Shown piece after piece: positions 47,120 to 56,567 of a stretch of DNA of 64,000 nucleotides; positions within the stretch are counted from its first letter, which is position 1; each line of letters begins with the position of its first letter. The stretch lies in the sequence record NC_010821.1; one strand, 5' to 3'. The notes under the pieces are model-generated. The model was not told the origin of the DNA and did not search any database. It was given only the letters and a program-made list of their open reading frames with translations. Made by a program: the position numbers and the translations under genes.

Positions 47120-48781
47120 ATGCCTAACGCCGTTATTGTTTTACCTGATGTTTACGAAACCATTCAGCGAGCCGTAGCCGTGAGTGCCGTAACTCAGATT
47201 GCCCAGTTTATGGGATTGCCTCCTGAGACTGAAGTGTATTTCCCTGGTCGTGCTGAAACCGTCCCTATGAATGGTGCGGTGTTCGGTAATTGCTGTGATG
47301 CAACTAACGCCATTCGATTCGATCCAGAAGAACGGGTTGAGGTTAGGTACGATGAAATCGCTGAAGAAAACTTTACATTGTCTACAGCTGTAATGAACGA
47401 TCAGAACTACCCGATCTTTGCTGACACAAAGCATGGGATTTTCATTCATCCAGTTCGTAGGTTTGTTGACTTCCGTATTGACATTACTTACCAAGCGCCT
47501 AACGTTGTAGTTGCCCAGCGATGGTTGGATGATCAGCGTATTAAGTTGTCTGAGGGCTTTGGTGACATGACCATGGCTTTAGAGTACCATTACAACTTCT
47601 CATTACCTATGATGGCACTCCTTAAAGGCCTGTATGACACGCAGGAAGGTTCAGCCTATCCATCGGGTCAGTCTTTCAATGATTGGCTCATAGAGCGCAC
47701 TATACAGCCTCACACGGATATGGTTACTAATACTGATACTTTCCCTCAGTACACCGTGTATGAACGACAAGTAGACGTAGTGGGTCACTTTGATTTCATC
47801 AACACGCCTGAGACACCTCAGAAAGCATCTGATAACTCTGGTGCATACGAGTGTACGTTTAGTTACATCTGTAGGTATGACCGACCAACGCACATGTACA
47901 TCGAATATCCGATGATCATGAATCAGTGTCCGATCCCTAAGTTGTTCCGTCCTGATTATCCATATCAGAACTACCAGCAGATCGATCGTAAGACTACCGT
48001 GTTGCGTGGCTCACTGGATAAGGCTTTCCATATCTCTGCTCAACGTGGGTTACCTTACATTCAATATCCTGATACTGATACATGGGTTGCACCGGATGAG
48101 TTCCCTACCAAGCTTACGTTCTTTACCGGGTTGTTGATGCTTAACTGTAAAGATCTAAAGGCAGTGATGGACTTTAAGTCACTGGGTCGCTTTGCCTTCA
48201 CTCCATGGTTTGTTGAGTTCTTTGAATCTGTAGGTACTCGAGCATTCGGACCTAATAGCTTATTCGACATTCGACTGTACCGTAACAATGAACGATTGCA
48301 TATTCCATTAGTAATGGAACCCGGTACCCTTAAACTAAGGACTACGGTAGACTTAGATCCAGAATACTATTACCATATTCAGATTTCAGTTAATGGTAAC
48401 TGGTTGCAAATTCCAAAAGACACGTGGGAAGGAATTCGTAGATACCCAACAGTCTACTGGACTATCTGTCGGATGTTCTGGGTATGTCGTGGTAAAGAAC
48501 CTCTTGAGAAGCTTGAGTTGTTAGGTCTAGGTCGTCCTCGGACACCTAATCCCGATTGGCCAGGCGAGGGTACTACGGAATGGACTAAGGATGTACCACA
48601 TTTTCCTGAAGGTTATGTGAAGTGGGCCGATATTGAATGTGGTCGTACTGCTCGTGCTGAAACCATTCCTGGTCAAACTGGTCCTAATGGTACAGATGCA
48701 TTTACATCACTTCAAGCATACGGTCCAGCCAACGTACTCTACGCAGGTTTGATCGCCGACAAACTCGTTGGAGGTAACTAA
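47120..48781 (+). CDS. Virion structural protein (phiKZ gp98-like)
   Basis: 553 aa, GAGG RBS, synteny. Confidence 0.75.
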   Translation: MPNAVIVLPDVYETIQRAVAVSAVTQIAQFMGLPPETEVYFPGRAETVPMNGAVFGNCCDATNAIRFDPEERVEVRYDEIAEENFTLSTAVMNDQNYPIFADTKHGIFIHPVRRFVDFRIDITYQAPNVVVAQRWLDDQRIKLSEGFGDMTMALEYHYNFSLPMMALLKGLYDTQEGSAYPSGQSFNDWLIERTIQPHTDMVTNTDTFPQYTVYERQVDVVGHFDFINTPETPQKASDNSGAYECTFSYICRYDRPTHMYIEYPMIMNQCPIPKLFRPDYPYQNYQQIDRKTTVLRGSLDKAFHISAQRGLPYIQYPDTDTWVAPDEFPTKLTFFTGLLMLNCKDLKAVMDFKSLGRFAFTPWFVEFFESVGTRAFGPNSLFDIRLYRNNERLHIPLVMEPGTLKLRTTVDLDPEYYYHIQISVNGNWLQIPKDTWEGIRRYPTVYWTICRMFWVCRGKEPLEKLELLGLGRPRTPNPDWPGEGTTEWTKDVPHFPEGYVKWADIECGRTARAETIPGQTGPNGTDAFTSLQAYGPANVLYAGLIADKLVGGN

Positions 48782-50196
48782 TGGGTCTTTTTCATGAAAC
48801 GGAAGAAACGCCAATTGATCCAGAGGTAAGTCCAGTAGAGGTAAAAGCCTATTGCGAAACTTATCGAGGTATTGCCGTTGACACCAAGTATATTCCACGT
48901 TCAAGTATGCTTGCGTGGATTAATGGTTCTAACTGGCGAGCGAGTGCTTACTATTCGCAGATGCTGGACGCTACGCAAGAACCAACACCTTTAGCACTGA
49001 ACCGACGGCCGCCGTATCAACAGTACTACAAGATCATGAACATCGATATCAAAGTTAACCAACCTTTGGATATCAGTCAACGTGAAGATCTTCGTACTTT
49101 CAGTGTCACTGGTAGTGGTCACACTTATCCTGGCCTCGCAGCTAACTATGGCGACATGTTCACTGCTGGTGTTGGTGACGGACGCGTTGGTCTTTTTACT
49201 ATTACTAGCGCTCGCCGTGAAACATACCTACGGGATTCCACTTATGCAATCGAGTGGAAGATGGTTGGATGGCTCACCGAGCAGCAACAACAAGACTTAG
49301 ACGATAAATCACAGGTCACTTATTACTGGGATGCTAATCGGTTGGGTAATGGATGTAATCCATTTGTCACCGAAGAAGATTATCACGATAACCAAGAGTT
49401 CGCTAAGACGCGTGATGATATCATCCGTCGTTACATCGCTGACTTTTTCTCGACCCAGTACTTTACGTTCATTGTTCCAGACCAACTCAATAACACATAT
49501 GACCATTTTGTGGTAAAGGCTTTGTTGAGTATCATCGACACTAAATACTCGCGGGACTTACGTCGTGCGAAAGTGTTGAACGTCATGAGTTTGTCTGTGA
49601 TGCGTGAACCGACCGTATGGGACATGATCATCAAGCAAAACCCAGTCGTTGGGTGTGGCGCAACAGAGCGTGCTCACTTAGTCATGACCGCGATTGATCG
49701 TTGGAAACCTGAACTACAGGCCATCGGTTATTCTGGTATTCCACGAATGGTTTATCCAATCGATGCGCCAACTGATGTGGACTCCCAGTACAATGGCTCT
49801 AATCGCTGTACGCCTGAAGGTATTCCATTCCAGGCAGGGCAACCCCGTCGCCCACCTAAGGGTAAGTGGAAGCCTCAGTGGGAACGTGACGAACCGTGGT
49901 TCCATCGTGTACCGCCAGAACAGCAGACCAATATTGAAAAAGCTTGGTCTTACCCGCAAGACATTAAACCCGTCGTAATTGACGACTATTACGTTTTCTC
50001 TGAAGCCTTCTATTATGAAGACTCTAAGCTACAGAGTAAACTGGAATTATTAACTTGGCAGATGATCAATAACGAACCACTTAATCGCAGTCAGCTTAAA
50101 GCTGTGATTAAATGTTGTTTGTCGTGGGATAACCTTGAACGGTTCTATTACCACCCTGTATTGATTCTCTTGTTAGGTTACGCTATCAGGAACTAA
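48781..50196 (+). CDS. Virion structural protein (phiKZ gp99-like), possibly head-tail connector
   Basis: 471 aa, 1-nt overlap, synteny. Confidence 0.75.
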   Translation: MGLFHETEETPIDPEVSPVEVKAYCETYRGIAVDTKYIPRSSMLAWINGSNWRASAYYSQMLDATQEPTPLALNRRPPYQQYYKIMNIDIKVNQPLDISQREDLRTFSVTGSGHTYPGLAANYGDMFTAGVGDGRVGLFTITSARRETYLRDSTYAIEWKMVGWLTEQQQQDLDDKSQVTYYWDANRLGNGCNPFVTEEDYHDNQEFAKTRDDIIRRYIADFFSTQYFTFIVPDQLNNTYDHFVVKALLSIIDTKYSRDLRRAKVLNVMSLSVMREPTVWDMIIKQNPVVGCGATERAHLVMTAIDRWKPELQAIGYSGIPRMVYPIDAPTDVDSQYNGSNRCTPEGIPFQAGQPRRPPKGKWKPQWERDEPWFHRVPPEQQTNIEKAWSYPQDIKPVVIDDYYVFSEAFYYEDSKLQSKLELLTWQMINNEPLNRSQLKAVIKCCLSWDNLERFYYHPVLILLLGYAIRN

Positions 50197-50198
50197 TC

Positions 50199-50798
50199 AT
50201 GACTCAGGTGCGCAATTTTCAAATGTGTAAACGCCACACACCAGCATGGCGATTATTTAACCTTCGCTATAAATGCTTGGCTACCAACCTGATTGAAGTT
50301 ACGTCAGAGTACTTAGCTACGGGACAAGTCGTAATGAACGTCTCGGGTGATCCGACAGTAGATCGACTAGCAGCGGGTCGTATGGAAATCAAGAACCTTA
50401 CGGCAGCGGCCATTGCGATGTTTATGGATGAAGGTCACGCTATCGCTATTACGGATATGTACGACTGTGTGCAGATCTACAACGATATTCAGGACCATCT
50501 ACACAATCACCTGATGGCCTCTAGACAAGCGTTTCACAAAGATGATTTGCCACCGATTGAAGAACTGAGGATGTTTGAAGCTTTAGCCCTAGAAGTCTAC
50601 CAAGTCGCTAAGCGCCTAGAGCCAAAAGCATCTCAGGTCCATGGTGGTATCTTTGATAGTTTCATTGAGATGTCTCGTCGTCGTAATTTGATTGCCACTA
50701 ACAAATTCCTCAAGGCTCAAACAGAATCTGACGGTAAGATCAAACCTTACATTTCGATCGTTGACGATATTGAATCCAACATGGCGGAGCTGATGTAA
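50199..50798 (+). CDS. phiKZ gp100-like protein
   Basis: 199 aa, synteny. Confidence 0.72.
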   Translation: MTQVRNFQMCKRHTPAWRLFNLRYKCLATNLIEVTSEYLATGQVVMNVSGDPTVDRLAAGRMEIKNLTAAAIAMFMDEGHAIAITDMYDCVQIYNDIQDHLHNHLMASRQAFHKDDLPPIEELRMFEALALEVYQVAKRLEPKASQVHGGIFDSFIEMSRRRNLIATNKFLKAQTESDGKIKPYISIVDDIESNMAELM

Positions 50799-52177
50799 TG
50801 TCATTTGACTCTACACTACTTTACAAAGAAGCTGAAAGAGTTCGAGATGCAGGCGAAGGTTATCACAACGTACGGACTACTGTTAATATACTAGCCAATG
50901 GTAAATGGACTCAACCGAATCGGGTTGAACACATTCACTTAGTTAGAGATTACAGTACAGGTCCACTGGGCGATGTCCGTCAACTTGAAGTGTTGATGCT
51001 ATTAGGCGATTACACCTTCGACATCCTACCCTACCGTGATAACCTTACTATCGACATTACAGAGATTCCTTTGATGGAAGGTAACTCTGCTCGAAACTGG
51101 GAACGCTTCGCTGGCACTAAACGGTATAAAGCCATCCTCGATCTTGAGGGTGGCGATAATACAGTACTTACAAACAAACAGTCGGCTATGACTAACAAAG
51201 CTCAGATGAACCAAGTGGGTATGAAGTCTGTGGTCTTTACCCTAGTCGACGAGATCTGTTACAAACTGATGATGGTGACCACCGGCTTAACGTTCAGGCA
51301 GATGACTTCATTGGACATGATCCAGTACGTGCACAAATTATACTTTGACCAATTGTTCGAAGGGTCATCTGAGCGCATCGAAGGCATTAACGTTTGGCGT
51401 GATCAGGCTAATCCCGCGGTCATACACCAACTAGCCTTACCGGATGGTATCCCACTCAAAGATGTCTGTAGGTTTATTCAGAACGATGAGTGTGGTGTTT
51501 ACCCAACAGGGCTAGGTCGGTATATTCAAAACAAGCAGTTCTATGTGTATCCTTTATTTGATACGACTCGGTATTCAAAGAACTCAAAGGTACTCAATAT
51601 TATCAACATGCCTAACGACCGATTCAAAGGTTCAGAGAAAACATTCTTGGACAATGATCGGTCATTAACGATTATCGTGACGGGTACTTCCATAGCCAAC
51701 GATAAATCTACTGGCACTAAGATCCAAGATGGTAACGGGTTTCGTTTTGGCGATTTAAATAAATTGCTGAACACAGGTACAATCAAAGATAACCGAATGT
51801 TGATCGATCGGGCAACGAACTTGTTTGAAGTAACATCTGAAACACTCGCTGATGGTTTGAATAACATGCGCTGGTCTGCGGATAGGTTTACAGCTAACCC
51901 GTTTAAACAGTACACCACAATGGCTCAACAACAAGGCCAACCTGTGACTGTACAGTGGACGCGCGGTAATGCCGATCTGCTGGAGCCGGGAATGCCTGTT
52001 AAATTCCAGACCATCGATGGTGCCACCGTTAATACTTACTACGGTACGCTATTAGGTGTAAACGATAACCGAGCACCTGTTGACTCAGGTAACATCAATA
52101 CCCGATTTGACGGTATCACCACCTTAAGCCTGTTCTTAGTAAGGCAGACTGAAACTGCTGAAGCTAACGCAGTATAA
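50798..52177 (+). CDS. Virion structural protein (phiKZ gp101-like), possible baseplate hub
   Basis: 459 aa beta-rich, synteny. Confidence 0.72.
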   Translation: MSFDSTLLYKEAERVRDAGEGYHNVRTTVNILANGKWTQPNRVEHIHLVRDYSTGPLGDVRQLEVLMLLGDYTFDILPYRDNLTIDITEIPLMEGNSARNWERFAGTKRYKAILDLEGGDNTVLTNKQSAMTNKAQMNQVGMKSVVFTLVDEICYKLMMVTTGLTFRQMTSLDMIQYVHKLYFDQLFEGSSERIEGINVWRDQANPAVIHQLALPDGIPLKDVCRFIQNDECGVYPTGLGRYIQNKQFYVYPLFDTTRYSKNSKVLNIINMPNDRFKGSEKTFLDNDRSLTIIVTGTSIANDKSTGTKIQDGNGFRFGDLNKLLNTGTIKDNRMLIDRATNLFEVTSETLADGLNNMRWSADRFTANPFKQYTTMAQQQGQPVTVQWTRGNADLLEPGMPVKFQTIDGATVNTYYGTLLGVNDNRAPVDSGNINTRFDGITTLSLFLVRQTETAEANAV

Positions 52178-52190
52178 CCGGAGGACTACG

Positions 52191-52562
52191 ATGAACGTCT
52201 ATTTCCATATTGACCCGTCGTGGTCCTACCAATTCTTAACTAGACATAAAAAAATTATAGCTAACTATGATTTCTTTACCTTTAGTGATCGTTTCTTAAC
52301 AGTTGGTATTAATGTGCTAATGGCACATGCTAACTTTCAACTGACTAATAACGCTTCACAATTCTCAACAGCAATGGATCAGGTAACCCGTCTATGTGAC
52401 GACTACCCTATGTTAGGTCAATATATACCTGCGGCATTTGAACAGCTAAGACGCATTCATCATGACGCGTTAAACGCTATACAAAGACCCATTCTCAATT
52501 ACCAACCGGTTATTGATGATATGTATATACTGACTGGTATCGTATTCACATTAGTTATTTAA
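52191..52562 (+). CDS. Hypothetical protein
   Basis: 123 aa, GGAGGA RBS. Confidence 0.7.
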   Translation: MNVYFHIDPSWSYQFLTRHKKIIANYDFFTFSDRFLTVGINVLMAHANFQLTNNASQFSTAMDQVTRLCDDYPMLGQYIPAAFEQLRRIHHDALNAIQRPILNYQPVIDDMYILTGIVFTLVI

Positions 52563-52566
52563 AGCT

Positions 52567-52591
52567 ATTTAAAGCCTATATTACTTTTGTG
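52567..52591 (+). promoter_or_regulatory. Early promoter
   Basis: ATTTAAAGCC-TATATTAC-TTTT-GTG. Confidence 0.8.
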
Positions 52592-52613
52592 AATTAACTT
52601 AGAGGTAATCATT

Positions 52614-52790
52614 ATGTTTTTCGGTAGTTTCTATGATGAAGACAAATCTCAAGAATCCAATAAAAAGGAATCTGAGAAAGCACGCCATAACCGCGATGTA
52701 ATGTTGTGTGTTACGGCAGCTATAGGTCTTGTAACGGCCGTCGCCACGGCTAGTATGGCTTTGAAGAAGGTGGTGAAAGAGATCGTGTGA
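52614..52790 (+). CDS. 58-aa single-TM microprotein (MFFGSFYDEDK…VMLCVTAAIGLVTAVATASMALKK…)
   Basis: First ORF after the early promoter, GAGGT RBS; below the track cut-off. Confidence 0.65.
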   Translation: MFFGSFYDEDKSQESNKKESEKARHNRDVMLCVTAAIGLVTAVATASMALKKVVKEIV

Positions 52791-52838
52791 AGCTGTACAA
52801 TTAGATGAGGGGAAACCCGAATCTATTTGGAGGCCAAC

Positions 52839-53321
52839 ATGGTTGAATTCGTTATCGGTACAGACATCTTTAAACACGATGGTGATCTGTATCTAATCAC
52901 AGTAAATTGCATTGGAGTCATGGGTGCCGGCTTAGCTAAGTCGTTTAAAGAAATGCATCCTGATTTGTATGAACGCTATCGTCATGATTGTAAGATGAAA
53001 ATGATTACCATCGGTAATCCAGTAATCTATCAAGCGGACAATGGCAAACGCTACATGATGTTCCCCACTAAAGACCGATGGCAAGATCCATCACAAGCCA
53101 GTTACATATCCGCAGGTTTAACGTGGATGGTTGATTCGGTTGGTGAAGGTGAAGAAATCGATCCTAAGTGGAAGATCGTAATACCCCCGCTTGGCTGCGC
53201 TAATGGTGGACTCAACTTCAATGAGGTTAGAGAAACCATCAAGACGTTTGGCGAAGCTATGCCTAATCCGATCGTGGTGGTTTATCCGCCTTGGATGGAA
53301 AGCAGTGAAACATGGGATTAA
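52839..53321 (+). CDS. Macrodomain ADP-ribosyl glycohydrolase, DarG/TARG1-like
   Basis: TVNCIGVMGAGLA, FPTKDRW and PPLGCANGGL motifs; GGAGG RBS before ATG 52839. Confidence 0.85.
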   Translation: MVEFVIGTDIFKHDGDLYLITVNCIGVMGAGLAKSFKEMHPDLYERYRHDCKMKMITIGNPVIYQADNGKRYMMFPTKDRWQDPSQASYISAGLTWMVDSVGEGEEIDPKWKIVIPPLGCANGGLNFNEVRETIKTFGEAMPNPIVVVYPPWMESSETWD

Positions 53322-53329
53322 CTCGTACT

Positions 53330-53358
53330 GACCACTCCTAATTGGGGTGGTCTTTATG
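53330..53358 (+). terminator. Hairpin terminator
   Basis: GACCACTCC-taatt-GGGGTGGTC-TTTATG. Confidence 0.65.
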
Positions 53359-53376
53359 CCGTCAATAATAGAACCC

Positions 53377-53401
53377 ATTTAAAGGGTATATTACGATAGT
53401 G
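53377..53401 (+). promoter_or_regulatory. Early promoter
   Basis: ATTTAAAGGG-TATATTAC-GATA-GTG. Confidence 0.8.
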
Positions 53402-53429
53402 AATTAAAACAGTTAAAGGAGTTTGTAAC

Positions 53430-53606
53430 ATGGCCCATGCACGAGCAGTATTGATTCATTTTGAATGCGACGATGGTTCGGTAACCCACAGCACCATGTC
53501 CGGCTCGCAATTGAGTTCGGTGGTGGCTGATTCTGAAGACGAAGCTGAAGCCCTCATGGAAGAAAAGCTGAAAGAACTGGGTGCTCACTCGTTCGAATTC
53601 GTCTAA
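53430..53606 (+). CDS. 58-aa acidic microprotein (MAHARAVLIHFECDDG…LGAHSFEFV)
   Basis: AAGGAG RBS, first ORF after the early promoter. Confidence 0.7.
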   Translation: MAHARAVLIHFECDDGSVTHSTMSGSQLSSVVADSEDEAEALMEEKLKELGAHSFEFV

Positions 53607-53632
53607 GCCTTTTAACTCAATGAGAGGGCTGA

Positions 53633-53968
53633 ATGAAAGAAGACTTATTAGATTCGGCTATTATCGTAAGTACCTTGGTCTTAGGTGGACTAGGATACTT
53701 GTTCATTATAGCTACGCCCGGTATCGGTGAATGTAAAGTCGTCCGATTGACCGAGCAGGTTATGGAACGAGTTCAGGCTTTGGTGTTTAAGCTGAATCAA
53801 CAAGCCATCTTCAGGGACATGTCCCTTGAAGAGAAATGGCAAAACCTCAAGCCCGAGTATGACGCCTTATTGGAAGGTTTCACCTATGGCTTGAAACCAA
53901 AGGATTTGCGTTCAGTTGAATGCAGATGCCGTAACGCTACAAACAAACTACTCACTCAAAAAAGGTAA
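53633..53968 (+). CDS. Membrane-anchored hypothetical protein
   Basis: 111 aa, N-terminal TM segment. Confidence 0.65.
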   Translation: MKEDLLDSAIIVSTLVLGGLGYLFIIATPGIGECKVVRLTEQVMERVQALVFKLNQQAIFRDMSLEEKWQNLKPEYDALLEGFTYGLKPKDLRSVECRCRNATNKLLTQKR

Positions 53969-53973
53969 TCGCT

Positions 53974-54123
53974 ATGAAATATGGTATCGCTGCTGTTGTT
54001 GGTCTGGCTGCCCTTGCAGGTGTTGGCGCATGGCTGTACAATCGTGAAGACGAAGTAGCGAAAGCTGCTGAACCCGAAGTTGCCGGTGCTGAGCCGGTTG
54101 TCGAAAACGAAGAAGCAATCTGA
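53974..54123 (+). CDS. 49-aa signal-anchor microprotein (MKYGIAAVVGLAALAGVGAWLY + acidic tail)
   Basis: AAGGT RBS, fills the gap between ORFs, biased codons. Confidence 0.7.
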   Translation: MKYGIAAVVGLAALAGVGAWLYNREDEVAKAAEPEVAGAEPVVENEEAI

Positions 54124-54137
54124 ATAAGGGGTTAGAG

Positions 54138-54410
54138 ATGTTTGGTTCTCTTTTGAAATACACGTGCGTCGCTGCATGTGGTGCACTGGTGTTTTCGACC
54201 ATGGGTCACTTCATGGATTCGGACGTAATCGAATCTGCCAAAGCGACCTGTGAAGAAAACGTCAAAGCTCTCAGTGGCGAAGCGGAAGGTGATGAACTGG
54301 CGTTGCTCATGAAAGCATTCGTGGCAACTCACTACAAAAACTGGGTTAGTCAACTGACCTTCGCTGGCAGCGTAAAAGATCTGGATGCCGTTCTGGCACC
54401 CTGGGCATAA
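54138..54410 (+). CDS. Membrane-anchored hypothetical protein
   Basis: 90 aa, N-terminal hydrophobic segment. Confidence 0.7.
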   Translation: MFGSLLKYTCVAACGALVFSTMGHFMDSDVIESAKATCEENVKALSGEAEGDELALLMKAFVATHYKNWVSQLTFAGSVKDLDAVLAPWA

Positions 54411-54437
54411 CTTTAACTGGTATAGGAGATATCACGC

Positions 54438-54707
54438 ATGGCTTATGTAAATCGTCGTCAAATGCATATGGAGCAGTACTTTTCGGATCGTGAGAAACTT
54501 GATGCCCCGTATTGGGCAATCGACGATAACCTCGATTCGATCGTATGCAACGTACGTGATCCATTTGCAACGTACGTTGATCCAAGCAATTATGACGACG
54601 ATGCGCTCGCCTATCGTGAGTGCATGGATGGCGTTGTAGCCGGTGTATCTGAAGCGTTGGGGTTGCCACAAGGGCTTTCCTTCGAAGAAGTCTTTGAGCG
54701 TCTCTAA
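54438..54707 (+). CDS. Hypothetical acidic protein
   Basis: 89 aa, AGGAG RBS. Confidence 0.72.
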   Translation: MAYVNRRQMHMEQYFSDREKLDAPYWAIDDNLDSIVCNVRDPFATYVDPSNYDDDALAYRECMDGVVAGVSEALGLPQGLSFEEVFERL

Positions 54708-54714
54708 CGTAACC

Positions 54715-54738
54715 ATAGGGGCTTCGGCCCCTATTCTC
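54715..54738 (+). terminator. Terminator hairpin
   Basis: ATAGGGGC-ttcg-GCCCCTAT. Confidence 0.65.
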
Positions 54739-54761
54739 AATCTTATCCAAAGGGTTTAATC

Positions 54762-54917
54762 ATGAAATTCGCATATCTGTTGGCTGGTATTGTACTGGGT
54801 GGTCTGTTCTTCAATGCCAAGTTCATTGAAGCTGCTCCGAAGGACACCTCGGTCGAAGTCGTCTACGGTACCCGTGTCGGACCTGACGGTAATCTGCAAC
54901 TGGTCACTCGTCGTTAA
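54762..54917 (+). CDS. 51-aa signal-anchor microprotein (MKFAYLLAGIVLGGLFFNAK…)
   Basis: AAGGG RBS; below the track cut-off. Confidence 0.65.
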   Translation: MKFAYLLAGIVLGGLFFNAKFIEAAPKDTSVEVVYGTRVGPDGNLQLVTRR

Positions 54918-54929
54918 CTGGGGGGTTAT

Positions 54930-55370
54930 ATGAAAGACAACATTATCATCAGTGCTCTGCTGCATCGTATCAAAGCGTTGCAGGAACAGGCAAAGCCATC
55001 GGCTGAGCAACTTCGGGTATTGATGCAGTACGCTGAATGTAACCACCCTGAACTCGCTCGGCTGGTTCGCGAAGATCCAGTTTGGGAGCGCTTTCAACAG
55101 CGTTACAATGATCCAGGGGTTCCACACATCAATGGACTGGCCCACGTAAGCCAACAGCTGTTTGAACTGGGTTTCTGTAAATACCTGTTCACGTTGGGTT
55201 ATACTGAAGTCATTCATGACTGTGCTTACATCAAAGTAAGGCAACATAATGACGACATGGTCGGCGTGGCCTGTCATCTGAGTGGCAATGACAAAATGTG
55301 GGGTAGCGAACTACTTTGTCAAACTAAGGACGTTTGGAAAACGATCGATCATTTGATCGGAAACTATTAA
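54930..55370 (+). CDS. Hypothetical protein
   Basis: 146 aa, GGGGG RBS. Confidence 0.7.
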   Translation: MKDNIIISALLHRIKALQEQAKPSAEQLRVLMQYAECNHPELARLVREDPVWERFQQRYNDPGVPHINGLAHVSQQLFELGFCKYLFTLGYTEVIHDCAYIKVRQHNDDMVGVACHLSGNDKMWGSELLCQTKDVWKTIDHLIGNY

Positions 55371-55391
55371 ACCTAAATTGAAGGAATCGAA

Positions 55392-56345
55392 ATGACTGGT
55401 CGTATTGAGCAACAACTGAAAGACATCCACGGTAACATTGTGGCCAACGTTAAAAACTGGATGGTTGCCAACCAATCAGTTCTTAAAGCTTACAGCGTTA
55501 CCCTCCATCAATATGGGGTGGACCATATCGCATTTGAAAATGAGTTGATTAGTCAAGCAATCGCGGTGGTAAATCGTAGCTCCACCGACGATGCTGGCGG
55601 TAATTTGCGGAGCTTCCTGAGCGGACACCTTACCTCCGATTTGGTGCCCGCACCGAACGGCATTGGCGCACTTGTGATCGAAGTCGCTAGTTCGGTGTAT
55701 AATAAACGTATCAAAGGCGTGATTGTAGAACCAAGTGACCTGACTATCGAGAAGCGCGTCCGTCATCAGGTTAAAGGTATTCTCGAGGACTCAGCAATTC
55801 CTCATGCCGACCAAGTTTTGAATCATGTGGTTAAAACCATTTGCGATTCTGGCGTAACCACTCCACGCGGGGTCGGGTTGGCGGTTCGGGCGTTCTTCAC
55901 CGCTGATCCGAAAGCAAACGTTTACCATATTGAAGCAGTGCTTTGGGAACTGGTCAGCGATGGTCTTCAACTTGAGTATAATGGTCTCACTGATCCTGAT
56001 ACCATCGCCCAGCAATTGGCTAACTTGAAACAGTTCCAGTATAGCGAAGGTGTAAATATCGTCAATATTCGTCCACTAGTAATTAAAGCGACTATGGACC
56101 CTAAACCTAAAGTCGACACCAAACCGAAGGTAGCCATGCTCGAACTCAACGAGCATTTCTATCGCACTGTGTGTAATGATGACGAGTTGGTTATCAGTCG
56201 CGAATACGGTATTCATCCAGTATCGGAAATGCCGATGCAAGGCGCCTGGGTTCTCCGTAACTACCACACCGGGGAGTTCATCGATTCGGATCGTTACTGG
56301 AATGATCTGACCGAACGTCATAACCTCGAGGTTGCAGTAAAATGA
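55392..56345 (+). CDS. Hypothetical multi-domain protein
   Basis: 317 aa; helical N-terminus plus C-terminal module REYG…GAWVLRNYHTGEFIDSDRYWNDL. Confidence 0.75.
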   Translation: MTGRIEQQLKDIHGNIVANVKNWMVANQSVLKAYSVTLHQYGVDHIAFENELISQAIAVVNRSSTDDAGGNLRSFLSGHLTSDLVPAPNGIGALVIEVASSVYNKRIKGVIVEPSDLTIEKRVRHQVKGILEDSAIPHADQVLNHVVKTICDSGVTTPRGVGLAVRAFFTADPKANVYHIEAVLWELVSDGLQLEYNGLTDPDTIAQQLANLKQFQYSEGVNIVNIRPLVIKATMDPKPKVDTKPKVAMLELNEHFYRTVCNDDELVISREYGIHPVSEMPMQGAWVLRNYHTGEFIDSDRYWNDLTERHNLEVAVK

Positions 56346-56551
56346 GTAACGTTGAAATTCTCAATATCCCCGTAACGGGATACGTCGAAGAGAGTGTGGT
56401 TCGTAAACTCTTCCATCCAGGTGATGCCGGCCAGAAAGCTTTTGAAAAAGCTTTTCGTGGTTGCACTATGATGGTTGCTGATAACGGTAAAGTATTTATG
56501 CCCGTAAGTGATCTTCAAGACCATCTGACCTATCGTCGTCAAACCGATTAA
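56342..56551 (+). CDS. Hypothetical protein
   Basis: 69 aa, 4-nt overlap, GAGGT RBS. Confidence 0.7.
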   Translation: MSNVEILNIPVTGYVEESVVRKLFHPGDAGQKAFEKAFRGCTMMVADNGKVFMPVSDLQDHLTYRRQTD

Positions 56552-56567
56552 CCTAAGGAGCATTACC

